Origin: Trichosphaerium sp. ATCC 40318
Lineage: Eukaryota; Protista; Tubulinea
NCBI GenBank assembly: GCA_038496445.1
Contig: JALMLS010000062.1
Coordinates: 496,001 to 560,000 of the forward strand
Direction of reading: 5' to 3'
Length of the DNA stretch: 64,000 bases
In this document: positions 36,823-50,934 of the stretch, piece after piece
How the letters are laid out: every line of letters begins with the position of its first letter
Numbering within the stretch: position 1 is the stretch's first letter
The notes under the pieces: model-generated
What the model was told of the DNA's origin: nothing
Databases searched by the model: none
The model's input: the letters and a program-made list of their open reading frames with translations, nothing else
Made by a program: the position numbers and the translations under genes

Positions 36823-38535
36823 TTAGAAGTATACGCTATCTGTCATTGCTACCATATTTCTATTGAAATCTTGTGTGATCTATGGTAGTATGAGACCAAG
36901 AAGTCAAAAAAAAAAAATACTTACAACTTTATCTTTACGGGCCAGGTAAAGAAGCTCTGTCTCTTTCTTGCCAAAAATTTCTTCATAGTCTGATATGAAT
37001 AGAGCCATTATTGTGCGGTTTACTTGAGAATTTGCAAAGTCCTTAATGACGTATGGACCAAAAGTTTCAACAAGTGAATCTAATAACCAAAAATAAGTTG
37101 TTGCATTCATTCAGCACTAAGTACCAAGTGTTGTTTGATTTTCTTCCTTGCATAAGTTTACTTTCCTATCCGCTCAGTAAGTAATTGAAAATTAATTAAG
37201 AAGCTTCAAATACACTCATACCTAAGGAGTCCGCAAATCTTCGCAAGTGTCATCGAGTTACATCTTGGCATAGCTTCAGAGTATACAATATTAGCCGCAG
37301 CTAGTGTTAGCATATCTACACTAGAAAAGTCCTCAAGGGAAGCTGTATCGCCTTTAAGTAACGGTTCAGGTAACCCACTAAGAAAGCGCTACAATTAAAA
37401 AGAGTAAGTACAGTACGCGCCAAACAATAGAAACAAACCAAACAAAACAAAAACACGCGTTTCGTGGCAAAAATAGCACGTGAATTTTTGTACAAACGTT
37501 ACGTACAAGCAATAGGCCTGCGATAACATGTACATCATAGAGATACAAATCAACAGGTGCACCAGCATTACATCTATCAACAAGTCCATTTATTTGTGTT
37601 TGGTTCCTCTCTTCTGTATGTAAAACAAATATACCTGGCTCATGCATGCCTAACACTCGGAGTTAAACGAACCAAGAAAACTTTCAAATAAAACTATTTT
37701 TTCTGAGCCGGCTGTTGGCCAGGAAGCGTCAAGCGTTTAAAAACAAGAGGCTTGTTGGCGTTCAAGATCAGATAAAAAGCTATAAAAGAGAATTCTGGAT
37801 TTCTAGCTTTGGTACATACCATCATCTTCTAGCCTGGCAACGATTTGTACTACAATTGGTGGCATTTGTTCATCACTTGCACAAGCAAACTGTAGAGGTA
37901 CATCGAACACACTTGTATCATCTATTGCGTATAAGACAACGATAAACGAATTATTTTTGATGAAAGTGGTTGGGTAAAACGGTTTTTTGTAAACTGAACA
38001 TTGACGCGTAGAAAGTAATGACATGCAAACAGAGAGTAATTGTACCGAACAAATAGCGTTTTGAGCTTTGAGCAAGCTCAGCAGTTTTTCTTCCAAACGA
38101 CTGTAGCTCTTGCTTCGCCTTCTCTAATAGGATTGACGACTATGTAGACTTGTAAATAGAGGAATCTACAAAACAATACGTACTTTTGTTTTAATGGCTG
38201 GCATTTGCTCCTCTGAACTCTTACTCAAGCCTGCCCACGCGTTTGAGAACGATAGGGATAAACTTCTGCCCCTAAAAACGTACGTTACGTTTGTTACACA
38301 AAAAACACGTAGAAATCTACACCTACCAACGTGTGACCTTTTCAGACACCGTAGGCTCTACAGCTGAGCTATTGCTGAGCGGGTTTTCTATCTTATCTTG
38401 TGTAGCTCCTTCTCCGCCAATATGTTTCGTGCCGTTCGCTGTGGTACCATTTGATGGCTCTAACGGCGAACTGACATTTGAATAGTTCGCATCATCGAGA
38501 AATGTTACACTTTCTTCCGGAGTATCCTTCTCCAT
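36823..38535 (-). CDS. RhoGAP-domain protein (arginine finger apparently absent)
   Basis: VFDVPLQ...MPPIVVQIV, MHEPGIFV, YDVHVIAGLLL, PEPLL and LVETFGP. The 3' end is uncertain. Confidence 0.7.
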
Positions 38536-38781
38536 GTTGTGATTATAGACGTAGATACTAGGAAGCCAATTTCAATCTATTCGGTCAAATACGTTCTGCG
38601 TACTTCCATCGAAAATCCTTTCAAATAAAACAAGTGATGGCGCAACTGTGCCTCAAACAACCACAATAATAAGTAAAAGTAAAGATATGGTTTTGTTTTT
38701 ACGGTGATGTATCACGTGACACGCTTACGCAAACGTTACACGTTGCTACCAACGTAGTTAGGCCAAGAAGGATTTTATTCT

Positions 38782-40620
38782 TCAATTTTTGTTTAATGCG
38801 TAGACTTTCTTGCCAGCAATCCATACTTGCTCAACTTTAGCGTCACGAAGTTTCTCAGGGTGCTCGTGTACGTGCGTATCGACAACGATAAAATCCGCTT
38901 GATAATTAGGTTCTAGCTTGCCCAGCCTGTGTTCTTCACAAGCAGCGTAGGCAGCACCTTCAGTGTAGATGTAAAGAGCTTCTGCAAAGCTTAAGCATTC
39001 TTGTGGTCTCCAGCTCTTCGTTGTGTTTTCTTCATACCGAAATATAGCAGCGTGCATACCAGTGAAAGGTGTAGGTATCTCAATAGGTGCATCACTTCCT
39101 CCAGCACAAACTATGCCCTCGTCCATTAGAGTCTTCCAAGCGTAGCTGTATGGTAGCACATCATCCTTTACACGCTTGTGTACCCAAGCAGAATCAGTTG
39201 TAACGAATTGTGGCTGTATATTAGCGACAACATTCAGCTTTTTCATTCTGTCTATCAAATCCCTACCTTCGTTTTGAAAAAGTTAGTGCAAAATCTTTTT
39301 TACTTTTTTTCATTTTTTCGTCTTCCTTCTTACCTAGTATCTGACAATGAGTGAGTATTGGTCTGTCTTCTGGTTTTACACCAGCATCTTCGAATGCAGT
39401 TAAAACAGCCTCAGCTGCACGATCACCAATAGCATGAACTTCTAGTCTATATCCACGTGTTATAATCTTTGATACAATTGACGTGAGTTTATCTTGGTCA
39501 TAAAGAAGCATCCCATGTTCGTCTTTTGTACCAACGTAAGGGTCTCTCATAGAAGCAGTTTTAGCTCCTAAACTCCCGTCTGAAATGATTTTAACACGAT
39601 GGCACTCAAGAAGTTTGCCTAGAGAGGAAATAAACAACTAAGAAAAAAAAAGGAATAAAAAACCCAAATAAATATACAGCTCAGTCGCAACAAATGAAGT
39701 TCAATTTTGTACCAAAGGTTTCCTTAGGTTTTGGGATATAATCTTTATCAAGTTCATCATGGAATATTGTCAAGTAAACACGCATTGGAACCAAGTCTTG
39801 TTGACATAATTTTTTATATAAATTCCAAGCTCTCTTATCATTTGTTTGTACTCCAGTTACTCCATTAGACAAGCAAAAGTTAAGAGCATCAACAGCCCAT
39901 TTTTCTCTCATAGAATCACCCGAGTCAATGTAAAATGTGCCCTTGACATTGAATAACGCCTTTTCTCGTAAAATCCCTGTCGGTTCACCATTTTCATCTC
40001 TAAATTCGTTGGTCATGTCACAAGTGTTAAATGTACTCAACTCACCTATCAATCTTGCCTCCAGGAGGATCTGGTGTGTCTTTGGTTATCTACAAAGACA
40101 AGTTAGATGCGATGAAGATTAGGAAGAAATGTTGTACCGACATTCGTTCCAAGGCGGCTGAATTCAATACACCGATATGAGAGCACGCGCGTAATAGTAT
40201 AACAGGTCGATCAGAAACAATGACATCAACATCTTTGCGGTTTAAGAGTCGTTTTTCTTGCAGGGTGTCTTGATCCCAACCAAGTCCATAAATCCACCCT
40301 GTGGGCTGTTTTGCTGCGTACTCACTTAGTTTCGTTTGGATATCTTTTATAGTTCCACATCCGCGAAGTTTGACGTTTGAGAGGGATCTGCCGAACGCAA
40401 GAACGTGTATATGAGCCTCAATAAGACCAGGTAGAACCAATTTACCGTTCAAGTCGATTTTTTGCGACACTTGCGCGTGGTGCTGTTTAGCGGATTCTAG
40501 CGTATCTGTGACACCCATTTCAACGATTTTACCACTCGACACATCTATTACCATCCAATTCACTATTTGAGGCTTGGCAAAAGGCCTATAGATTACACCA
40601 TTGTAAAATAGAGTTGACAT
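38782..40620 (-). CDS. Amidohydrolase 3 family protein (YtcJ-like)
   Basis: IDLNGKLVLPGLIEAHIH, RDENGEPTGILRE, VKIISDGSLGAKTA, VHAIGDRA and AGGSDAPIE. Confidence 0.92.
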
Positions 40621-40683
40621 TTCGTTAGTTAACGTCAATTAAATCTTTAATGATTTTGACCTTCAAATGCCGTTGAGTCTTAA

Positions 40684-41259
40684 ATGGAACCTACAAATAC
40701 CACAGATGAGGTGGAGTACCAGTTGTTCGCTATTGGAGACCCTGTAGTCGCATGTAGCTTCGTTGATAGTCAACGTGCTTTACTACCAACAGAAGGTGAA
40801 ATAGATGATTATTTTCGCCTTCACTATACCGTAGATGGCGAAAAAATGCGAATCATAGTTCTTGGGCTGGAAAGTGATGAATACCCTGGTCAACGCGCCA
40901 AACAGATGGAAACAGCAGATGGGTTCGTTTTGTGCATTAAAGCGGATAATATAGAAGGTCTAACAGCTGTTGTGGATGGTTTGAAACGTGTTGTTGACTT
41001 GGAAGATGAGCATCTTTTTCATGTCCCTTTTATTCTTGTTTGTGATGGTGAAACTCTAGAGGAAGAATCTCGATTAAAACTAGAGCAACATGCTTCAAAG
41101 TGGAGGTGTACATTTATACATACAAATTCGTCACGTGCAGAAAACGTGACAAAAGTTTTTGATGAGTTAATACGAGTGATAAAAGAAAAACAAGGTTGGC
41201 GAGCTACAATAGCAGAATTAGCGCCAACAACGAACCGTCGGAGATGTACAATATCATAG
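40684..41259 (+). CDS. Intronless, highly divergent Ras-family protein with a CaaX tail
   Basis: PTEGEIDDYFRLHYTVDGE (switch I region), ADGFVLC, VPFILVC, FIHTNS..AENVTKVFDELIR and C-terminal CTIS. Confidence 0.75.
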   Translation: MEPTNTTDEVEYQLFAIGDPVVACSFVDSQRALLPTEGEIDDYFRLHYTVDGEKMRIIVLGLESDEYPGQRAKQMETADGFVLCIKADNIEGLTAVVDGLKRVVDLEDEHLFHVPFILVCDGETLEEESRLKLEQHASKWRCTFIHTNSSRAENVTKVFDELIRVIKEKQGWRATIAELAPTTNRRRCTIS

Positions 41260-41553
41260 CAATGCTATATAACAAACTACATAGGTGTAATCTACAAACT
41301 AGTTGGTATGAACACAGCGTCGGTTCAATGTTATCTAATTTTCGAAAAAAATCCGTTGAAATTTTAATGAATTCTCACGTTGACAGCTTTTTTTTTATGT
41401 TCTACGTTATCCTTATTAATAAACCGATTGTTTATTCCTTCATCAATGCAATATTAGATTTTCTTAAGCTTCCTAGAATGACATCAATAACACTTAATAA
41501 GGGTTATACTTAAAAATCAATACCATTTACCAAACAACAATACACGATAAGCA

Positions 41554-42589
41554 ATGGCAAACTACATGGTAGCAGTAGATAACTCTCTTTACAGCCAATG
41601 GGCCTTTAACTTGGTACATTGCACTCGACTATATTCTGTAACGCCGTTCTCTTCCAACGTTCTGTTTAGGCAATCGCCCAGATGGATGTTAAAAACGATA
41701 AGCTATTTGTTTATACTGCCGCACGTGATCTTCAAATAAAATACGAAGGGTTATCTTCTACTGCTTATGAGTACTTGAAAGAACACCGAAATGAAGAGGT
41801 ACACAGGTTAAGGCAACAATCTTGAAAGTAACAGTTGTTGTTAGACAGCAAGATGCAAGAGAATTTTGAGAAAGTACTTTGGTGAAGCGAAAAAAGAAGG
41901 TGTAACTCCAACTCTCTTGATGGGATGGAGCGACCATATTGGTGACGCTCTTTGCAAGGTACGCTTTAACCGTTACTAAATTATAGTAACTTTGAGCGCC
42001 TAGACCGTCATTGAGAAGAAAATCCATCACTTGGTGCTAGGAAGACGAAATGTAGATTCAACAACTCGGTACGTATTTGTTTTAAACTCCAATACCTAAG
42101 AATTTTTTAAGAATGTTTATCGGCTCTGCAACATCGTTTTGCCTTGAAAACGCAGCTTGCAATGTTTTCGTTGCTAAGCGTCCTTTTGGGCCTGGCGAAG
42201 AACATACTCCTCTCGAGGCAACAAAGTATCTTGAAGAAAAGGAAAGACAACGAAGAGTACGCTAAAAAATATCGTTCCTTTATTCCGCAATCAAAACAAT
42301 CACGTGATCTCTTTATTTTTTGTTGACATACACATTAGCTTGATGAAGAAGAAGATAGAAAGCTTTTAGACGAACTTGAAAGACAAGCAACCCTAATCCA
42401 AGTCAAAGCAGCTGAAGAGAAGGAGAGAAGAAGACGTATGAGACTTCAGCCTGAAAAAATGGATACTGAAGAAGGAGTTGAAGTACGTTTTTGGGAACAG
42501 CAACCACCACGTGTTTCACAAGTTAATAAGTCTATTTTTAGGTAGACTTGGAAATTTATGACTTTTCTGCAGACCCATCTACTGAGTGA
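41554..42589 (+). CDS. Universal stress protein (USP) domain protein with a charged tail
   Basis: MANYMVAVDNSLYSQWAFN, HIGDALCK, LVLGRR and FIGSATSFALENAACNVFVAK. Confidence 0.85.
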
Positions 42590-43382
42590 TACGATAACTC
42601 GTTTGGACACATACAAACGTTTTGAGTAATACCTACATTTGCTTTGTATAATCTAACATGAAGTTTGCGTGACAATAAAGCTTTAACAAAACTTTGAACA
42701 TTGATCCAAAGTACTGCGAAATCAAGTGTCATTCATAACTATTAAAGAGCACTAGTATTTTGTTTAAAAGCGGCATGACAAGCATGCTTAGAGGTGAACA
42801 CTACAAATTGGATTTTAATGTGCTATTAAATCACCCTTCTAATACAAAGCATTGTGAGATACTCGATCCTATTTAAGGGTAAAAAGATTGAATTTGTTTA
42901 TGAGTGATTCAGTCATTGCACAATTCAGTCGTTTTATAATTATCCTCAAACTTCAGAACGATCACTCAAACATCTTTTCTGGATAGCCTATCAATAAACT
43001 TGTCGTTCATTGTTAATCGTGCTTCATCACTATTTGAAGAAGTTTTCGCGTTTAGTTGTATACTCATCTAACCGGGGCAAATACTGATCTATACAAAGTC
43101 AAATTTTATTTTTCACTCAATGTAGATTGAAATAATAACCGACTATTCTCAATCAAAAAAACCGTTTAGTTTTAAATCAGCACGGTTTGTATCGAGTGTA
43201 TATACTGCAAACACAGCTTTTTTAACTCATCTTATTTATCAGGAACTATGATAGCAAGATTTTAAGGGCAAAACCATGTATTCAACAAAGATTGATTTCA
43301 AGCTTACAAAATCAATCAGTACAAACATTCATTATTTATCAACCACAACAACATACGCATCAACTCCTCAATACTACAAACA

Positions 43383-43823
43383 ATGACAGACAACACTTCA
43401 AACAAAGACGCCCGTCTACAAATGTTAACCCAAAAGCTATCACCAAAGATGAACGATATGCTACGCAAAGTTCTAAAAAAAAATCCAAAAGCCATCCGCC
43501 AAGTACCAAAAAGCAACAAACAAATCACTTGGCCAAAACCAAATGCATGGCATCTTGTACAGGATAAAGATAAGCACAAGTCAATTCTGGTAACCTTTGC
43601 ATGTCGTGAGCATCGCCAAAATATAGAGGCTGGGCTTGAAACGAATGTGGACATAGAAGAGCTTGTGCAATATGTGCTATCAATCAATGAACATTACTTA
43701 GAAATGTGCTCAACGATTGAGGGAAGAGCATTCCCAGCCCGAAACTTTTTCCCTGAGTGTTCTTGTATAGGATACACTAACTATGTTGTGAACTTAATAA
43801 TCGAGGAACAAAACAGAGATTGA
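43383..43823 (+). CDS. Hypothetical intronless protein (146 aa)
   Basis: ATG ORF with an A-rich leader and a downstream AATAAA. No recognisable domain. Confidence 0.5.
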   Translation: MTDNTSNKDARLQMLTQKLSPKMNDMLRKVLKKNPKAIRQVPKSNKQITWPKPNAWHLVQDKDKHKSILVTFACREHRQNIEAGLETNVDIEELVQYVLSINEHYLEMCSTIEGRAFPARNFFPECSCIGYTNYVVNLIIEEQNRD

Positions 43824-44679
43824 CAACAAAAAAAATGACTCAATGTTTACAGCCTAATAAAAAATACATGACCTATTATCCACCTTGTGCAAGTTCTTCA
43901 AGCATACCAACGAGATTCGCCTTGTTGTAGTTGACTGTTTCGAGCCTACAGCATCCTTCGTTTTTAATTCTTTAAGAGATGTGCGAGCTAGGATTAAGTA
44001 GCTACATACACTGTAGCGGGCGTGACGCCTTGACTAGAATAAAGCAAGGCTAGTGGTATCTCAAAAGACAAATTTCATCACTTGTTCACCGTTTATATAT
44101 GCTAAAAAAAAGAACATTATGGTAAAAGCGCCCTTTATCACTATAGAAATAAGGAACACATCGCTACAGCAAGAGGCATCCTGCAGTCGCAAACACAGTT
44201 AAAGTTGGGTTTGATGCTTTGTATTTTTTGATTTATTAACGGAGGTTAAACAGGAAACTACATCCTTTCAATGCTATATAGCTGGCTCATGGTACGTACG
44301 TACGGTTTTATAATTTCACTGAAAATGTGTTTCACGAGTCATCTCTAAAAAAAGTTAAGTCAAAACTGTGTTCTAATTTCACGAGGTATCCCTGAAAAAG
44401 TAGTAGTATTCTTAAACAACCACCCAAGGCAATGTTTGTAAACAAAATCACGTGCTGATTTGTAGTAAACTGTGGGGTGAAACTTCGTGATACCACTGTT
44501 CACCTTCCACATCATGCTTTTTTTTAACAACTATACGCAACAGTCAATAGATAATATGATGCGTGTAGTGAAGTGTGTACGACGTACGTTGAAGTTTTTA
44601 GTTTTTAGTTTTAAATATGTAGTATTCAACAAATAAATCAAACTAAAAAACAAAAACATAAACAACAATCAATATCTCA

Positions 44680-45575
44680 ATGACAACGCATCTCTTATTT
44701 TACATTTTACTTATCATTGGCGTATCGTATGCTGCAACTAGTACTGATACACCATCAACTACAGTTGCAGGATGGGATCGTCATCCATACACTCGCAATC
44801 TGGTACAGGTCGCTATTGGACCAAGTGATGAATGGGGAATAACTCCTTGTGAAACCATCTACCACGTACCCAACGACAATCGTATATCAGGACAACTCAA
44901 ACAACTTGATGTTGGTGTTAACGGTCATGTGTGGGGTGTTAACTATGACAACCTGATATTCTATCGCCTTGGCTCTTCAGTGCGTTCTTTTTAGTAGTTT
45001 AAAAGTACTTAATGTCTTACTATCTTTACAGGGATCTAATACCGGTTCTAATTGGGTTCATGTACCTGGTATCTTGAAACAGCTGAGCGTGACTCCAAGT
45101 GGAGGTATCTGGGGTGTAAATCCAAATAACTTCATTTACTACAAAGCGAGCTCTACTGCTCCTTGGCAACTGGTACTTTTCTTTACAGTTTTTGAAACAA
45201 CACTCATTGCTTGTGTAGGTCAGTGGTAATCTCAAGTATGTTGATGTAGATGAAGATGGTGTACCTTACGGCATTAAACCGAATGGAAAAATCAGTTACA
45301 GGGATGGTGTCACCCCCACAGATCCAATTGGAACAGCATGGGTTGATCTTGATGAATCATTCGCACAACAGTTTGTTCAGATTTCTGTGAGTACATTCGG
45401 TATCTATGCCACCACTGCAACCAATGGAACATTCTATTATGTTGACTTTGCTGGTTGGTCTACAGTCACCACAATCTTCAAACAAGTGGATGTGTACAGA
45501 AATGGGATTGTGTACAACCTGCGTGCTGTAGATGTAGATGGATGCCTGTGGACAAAAACAGTTAGCATTGGTTAG
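44680..45575 (+). CDS. Secreted tectonin-type beta-propeller lectin
   Basis: Signal peptide and three exons with tectonin repeats GQLKQLDVGVNGHVWGVNYDNLIFYR, GILKQLSVTPSGGIWGVN and GNLKYVDV...PYGI. Confidence 0.85.
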
Positions 45576-45984
45576 CTTAATAAACCTAGAACCCTTTGCT
45601 TTAAAACAGTCTTTGTTTCTTAAACTTGTTGAACCAGTTCTTTAAAACACTAAACTGTTCCACGTTTAGCAATTTCTGTTCACATTGCCAAGCTTTAATC
45701 TGTACCAAAGGTTATTGTGCTTTAAAGTAGTTGTAAAAGGAAGCGCCTTGAGCTTGTGACCAAAACGTGTGGAAATCTTACACAGTATGATGAAACAGGC
45801 AACCAACTCATTGAAGGTAGACCAAACAATATCCAACAATAAATAGCAGTAGAAAAAAAAAAAATTAAAGTAGTTTATTTGCCTTGGCACATTATTACTG
45901 TTGTGAATAGTCAGAAGAAAAAAATTGTAAATTGAATATCTACGCCGTGCTTTTTGAATCAAAAACCAAAGTGAGTTCTTGTCA

Positions 45985-48664
45985 TAGAAAAATAGTTGAG
46001 AAGTACTTTTTGTGTACCAAACATTTTACATGCTGATGAACTACACTGGAGCTATTGCTTGGTCTGTCAAGTATTATCACTCAAATCAATATAAAATATA
46101 TAATGCCAGTATTTTTTAAGGACGTAATAGGGTTGTAACGAAACTGAAGATGGCAAAAAGTCAAAAACAGATAGACATACTCAGGACGCACATGGATACT
46201 TGCGCTCGTTTCTAGTTAGTATCTTGGTTGGTAGAGTTTTAGGTGACGGGCCACTTACTATACCATCGTAGTCTTTACTGCACTTCCTAGAGTACAACAA
46301 CTTAATAAGTTTTGTGGATAGCACACTTTGTTTCTTTATCGTACAGTTTAGCTGCCTGACGCATCTCTTTACAACTCATAGAGTAATTAAAGCATTCCTG
46401 GAATCAAATTAAATATGTAACAAAGTGTTGGATACGAGAGGTCATGTACCAATGTCATAACAATAAACTGTATAAAATCGTGATTGTCAGGTATTTCTTC
46501 AGATTCCAGCATTTCTAGATTCATTTGAAGCCTATTATAAGTATAAATTAGCTAACAAGCAAGCAGTTAATAATCATGAAAAACACAGTACGAGAGTTTT
46601 TTGTATTTGGCTAGAGAGCCTGGGATGTATGCTTTAACCTTTTCGATTTTCACAGAATAAGGGTCACCTGCAGATATTGTTATGTTTAACGATCTTAATC
46701 ATTGTATATGATGAACATAACGTACTAGGTTTGTAAACTTTGTTTTTTACTAAGAGCGGTTCCAGTAATGTTAAATACTCATCTTGTTGTGGTGTTCCAA
46801 GTTTTTCAAGAAATTGTTGCAAACAAAAAAAATCGGTGCGACGCAGTCCTGGATCTTTACCGTATGCGCGCCATAATGCGTTTTCCAGTGCATCTGCTCT
46901 TTGAATGTTTGTAATATCTTTTAGTACTTCATATAAGTCCTTCATTAAGAATGTTATGAGAAGAGAATACACGACATCTTTGCCGATGAGAAAAAAGAAA
47001 GAAAACTCACTTTTGGCGTTGCTGTTTTTGCGTTAAAAGAGGGAATTGCATCGGTAAACTGTTTAACGTAGTGCATGAATACTGGATTGCTGAAAGCAGA
47101 TCTACCGAGTGAATCTTCATAAACAGCCAGTAAGTTTTAAAAAAGGAGCCAGCAATGACATACTACAATGGTCAAGTATCCAAACACCTGGCGAATGTCC
47201 ATCCTTTATGTATTGCCAATCAATTGGTACTTCCGTATACTAAAGCGCTTTTAAACATTTAAAATTCTAGAGTACGTACTATGGGTACTACTGGACTCTT
47301 CAATGGATGGATCATACCTGCATTATGGCTTAGACCTTTTATTTTAAAAAACGAAAAGAAAAGTTGTACGTTCACATTTCTTGTCAATGTATGCAATCAC
47401 ATCAAATCTAAATGGTTCTTTTCCAAAGTTTACACTGCATTTAGCATTTTTTGATTTCATACCAATTGTAGGAAAGAACATATGACCCTTAATGTCAGGC
47501 TAAAGCAGTCATGAACAAAGTACAAAATAATAAGAAAAAGAAGCAGTAGTACATAAGGAATAACGCCAATAAAGTTGCCATTCTTTGTAAAGAACATTTC
47601 GTTTTCTTGAAAGTCAAACCCACATCCAATCGTATCATGAAGTCCCCACTTTTCTTTAAACATGTATGTCCATGTATTTCCTTTTCAAAAGTATATTAAT
47701 ATTAAAACATCAAAATGAAACTGAACAGAAAACCTACGAAAAAAGAATGCACCGTCATCTCTAAAAACAAACAATCAATCAACGCTTTGTATTTACAAAC
47801 TATTACCCATGGTATCCGTAAGAAAAATTAAGCCACCCAGGCAATGCCTTGGCTTTTGCAAAATACTTGAGAGCCGCCCCGATACTAATAATGCTATTTG
47901 TACAACATTAGTAAGTACACTTTATATTTTATGCCACAGCAACCACTTACCCAGGATGGTCACCACTATCAATCACATAGATCTCGTAGTACGATACTGA
48001 TGCGATTGTACCAAAAGGAAGTGGTCTCATTGGATGTGATGCTTGACAACTCTAAACAACATCAAACTAGCAACCCGCAAGTATTTTTGTTAACCGAAAA
48101 AATTACCAAAAAGACAAAAAGCTTCCTTACCATAGACCTATCTTCACCAATATATGTGACCTCTGTATTGTCATTTGAGAAACGTAAGAGTTGATCATGT
48201 TCTTCTACAAGAATAATAAAAGTCACGTGCGTGCATAAATAACATAAGTTGTAGTTGTACCTTCTTTTACAAGTCTAAGTGATGACATGTATTCATGGAG
48301 CGGGTATCGGTCTTTGAACAGTTGTTTCCATGTCATACCTTTTGGAAGATGGTGAACCCATTTATATTTGCTACAAATCATCGCCTATTGTTTGTCAGGG
48401 AAAATATTGAATGCGTAAGATGCGTACCCATAGAGATTCAGCGGAATACATCTTTTTCCAACTCTTTGACACCAATGGAATAACAACTATTCATGTTAGT
48501 GTCAACACAAGTCAAAAAACAACTTGCCAGGCTGTTTGATAGGTATTAACATAAATATCTTATGACTGATCTAATCCGTTACATGAGGATCGCAAAGATT
48601 AATATATTATAAACGGTACCTCAAGGGGTATTTTAGAAATAGGTACATCGTCAGTTGAGTTCAT
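45985..48664 (-). CDS. F-box + SPRY domain protein (many exons, 3' end uncertain)
   Basis: N-terminal ISKIPLE...LVSKSWKKM (F-box). SPRY motifs SYYEIYV, LPGW..SYGYHGDDG and DTIGCGFDFQENEMFFTKNG. Confidence 0.75.
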
Positions 48665-49345
48665 TGTAGATAACTCAATGAGATGTATTGCCGTTCCCCT
48701 CTGTTCTTTCACGCAGCGCTTTAACAGCAGGGAGTTGCTTAATTAATGAGAGTACTTAAGCACACACGTGACAATTTTAAGAACATTTTGAGAAACATTT
48801 AGGAAACACGTGGTAATTCAACAAATACAGTAGAGTCTTTTCCTTCTACACATCGTCTACCTTTTAGGTTTTGAAAGCCGGTTAACTTCGACTTCTACCA
48901 GCAATGACTCAGCGAAATATTGTGGTAGCTACTTCAGCATTATCCAAACAAAATTCAAAGCTACAAACAATAGTTTTCTCACTTTAATTTAATCTTGGTT
49001 GTAGGTGACCACTTATTGAGTTGAAACTTTATTTTATTGTGTAGTAGTAGGTTTATTTTTGCCAAATGTTAATTCTTAATTTACTACCTGATGAGTTACA
49101 GTACACTTTTAGTGAGTTAATAGTGACTAGTTGCGGAAGCCTCTCTGTCACAACACTTACAATCCTTGTTACTAATGTGCTGCAAGAAGTTTGTGAACAA
49201 TGCCTTACACTTTCATACGTAAATACTGTAGCGGTGTAAATAGTATGAACACCAGAAAGAGCTTGTACACATTCATCCAGAAATTATTGCCTCGTTTTAT
49301 TTACCAAAGTAGGAAAAACAAAAAAAACACAAGTTTTTCAATCCA

Positions 49346-50934
49346 ATGCCGCTTCGTGTATTGGTATTTTTATCTTTATTAGCTCTAACAGGTTGCGAAA
49401 ATAATGTATCTGTATCTGTAGGCCAAGTTATAGCAAACACGCTACCAGGTGGTTCTTGCGTTTATCAATCTTTTATTTAACTGCCCTAGCTAGAATTCGC
49501 TTCGTTTACGCTCGACTGGTACTCTAAAGACGCTGTACGTGTTTCGTTAAACTTATCCTAACAAATTTACCTTAATCCTCAATTAGGGATGCCAACCAAA
49601 CGGTTGGGGAACTGCAGGCATTCTCACACTAAATTTAAAGAGCCAACGACTTAAAAACTTGGCTAAAGCGTATTCACCTGGTTTTCTTCGTATAGGAGGC
49701 TCTTTAGATAACGTAATTACGTATCTAGTGACAAAAAATATCACGTGCGATAATCCAGAATATTGCTTGAACATGACAAGGTGGCTTGAGGTACTCGACT
49801 TCGTAAAGGAAGCCAATTTGAAGTTGATTTTTGGATTGTCGTATCCAGTGATTGGTGAGAATGTTTGGGACCATAGAAACCCTGAGGCGTTCTTGAAATA
49901 CACTGCTGAACAAGGTTATACATTGTACGGGATAGAATTAGGCGAAGAAATGGAACCTCCTAAGACACCACTTGGCTCCCAGAACTTTTCAAACTATGTT
50001 GCAGCTTACAAAAAGTGCAAAGAAATTATTGAAGTTATATGGCCTGAAGGTGTATCACAGCCTAGACTAATGGGACCGTGTCCCGGTATGCAACAATTCA
50101 ATGATTTGGCATGGATGGATACATTTATCAATGGTACACTAGGGTACGTCATAGTTGAAAGCTTCCAAAACTGTTCCTTCTTGTGATTCATCGAAAACAA
50201 TGTTAACAGTCTATTTAAGTTATTTGGATGATTTGGTTTACCACTCTTATGACGAGAAACCTACTCCTGGGTTCATCGAACAGACTTTAGCACAGGCTAA
50301 AAGTATGAACGCTATAGCTGACAAACATAAACCGCCAATACCAGTTTGGTTAGGTGAAGGTGGGCCTCACAATCATGGTGGACTTCCAAACATCTCAAAC
50401 ACGTTTTCAGACGGGTTTTACTACCTTGATGCTCTTGGCCAATTATCTAACCTTGGACATGCCGCTTTTAATAGACAATCTTTTGTAGGTTGTCACTACG
50501 AGCTTGTTGATACAAACACATTTGAACCGAATCCAGATTACTACACAGGTCTTTTATGGAAAAGGTTGATGGGATCACGTGTTCTTGGCTTGAAGTTGGT
50601 CCCTTCTGATGACTTTCATATCTATGCTCATTGCGGTTTGGTAGCTTCAGGAAGTGTTGCTTTTGCTGTACTTAATAATAACCCTGACAAAACCGTTGAA
50701 GTAACGATTGAAGGGCTAGCAGGAACTGAAAAAAGGAATGATTATTTTTTTACTTCAAAGGAACTATTATCTAGAGACATGTACCTCAACGGTAATTTGC
50801 TCAAAATGAACGGCGACGATTTACCTACAATTACACCTACAGTTAGTTCAGGGTCTTCTTTTACTGTACCTGCCCAGTCATACGGATACGTAGTATTCCC
50901 AAATACAAAATACGCTTTGTGTGCATCTCAATAA
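49346..50934 (+). CDS. GH79 heparanase/beta-glucuronidase-like glycoside hydrolase
   Basis: Signal peptide, FTLDW, LAKAYSPGFLRIGGS, ELGEE, nucleophile motif WLGEGG, FYYLDALG, RQSFVG and PNPDYY..LLWKRLMG. Confidence 0.9.
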
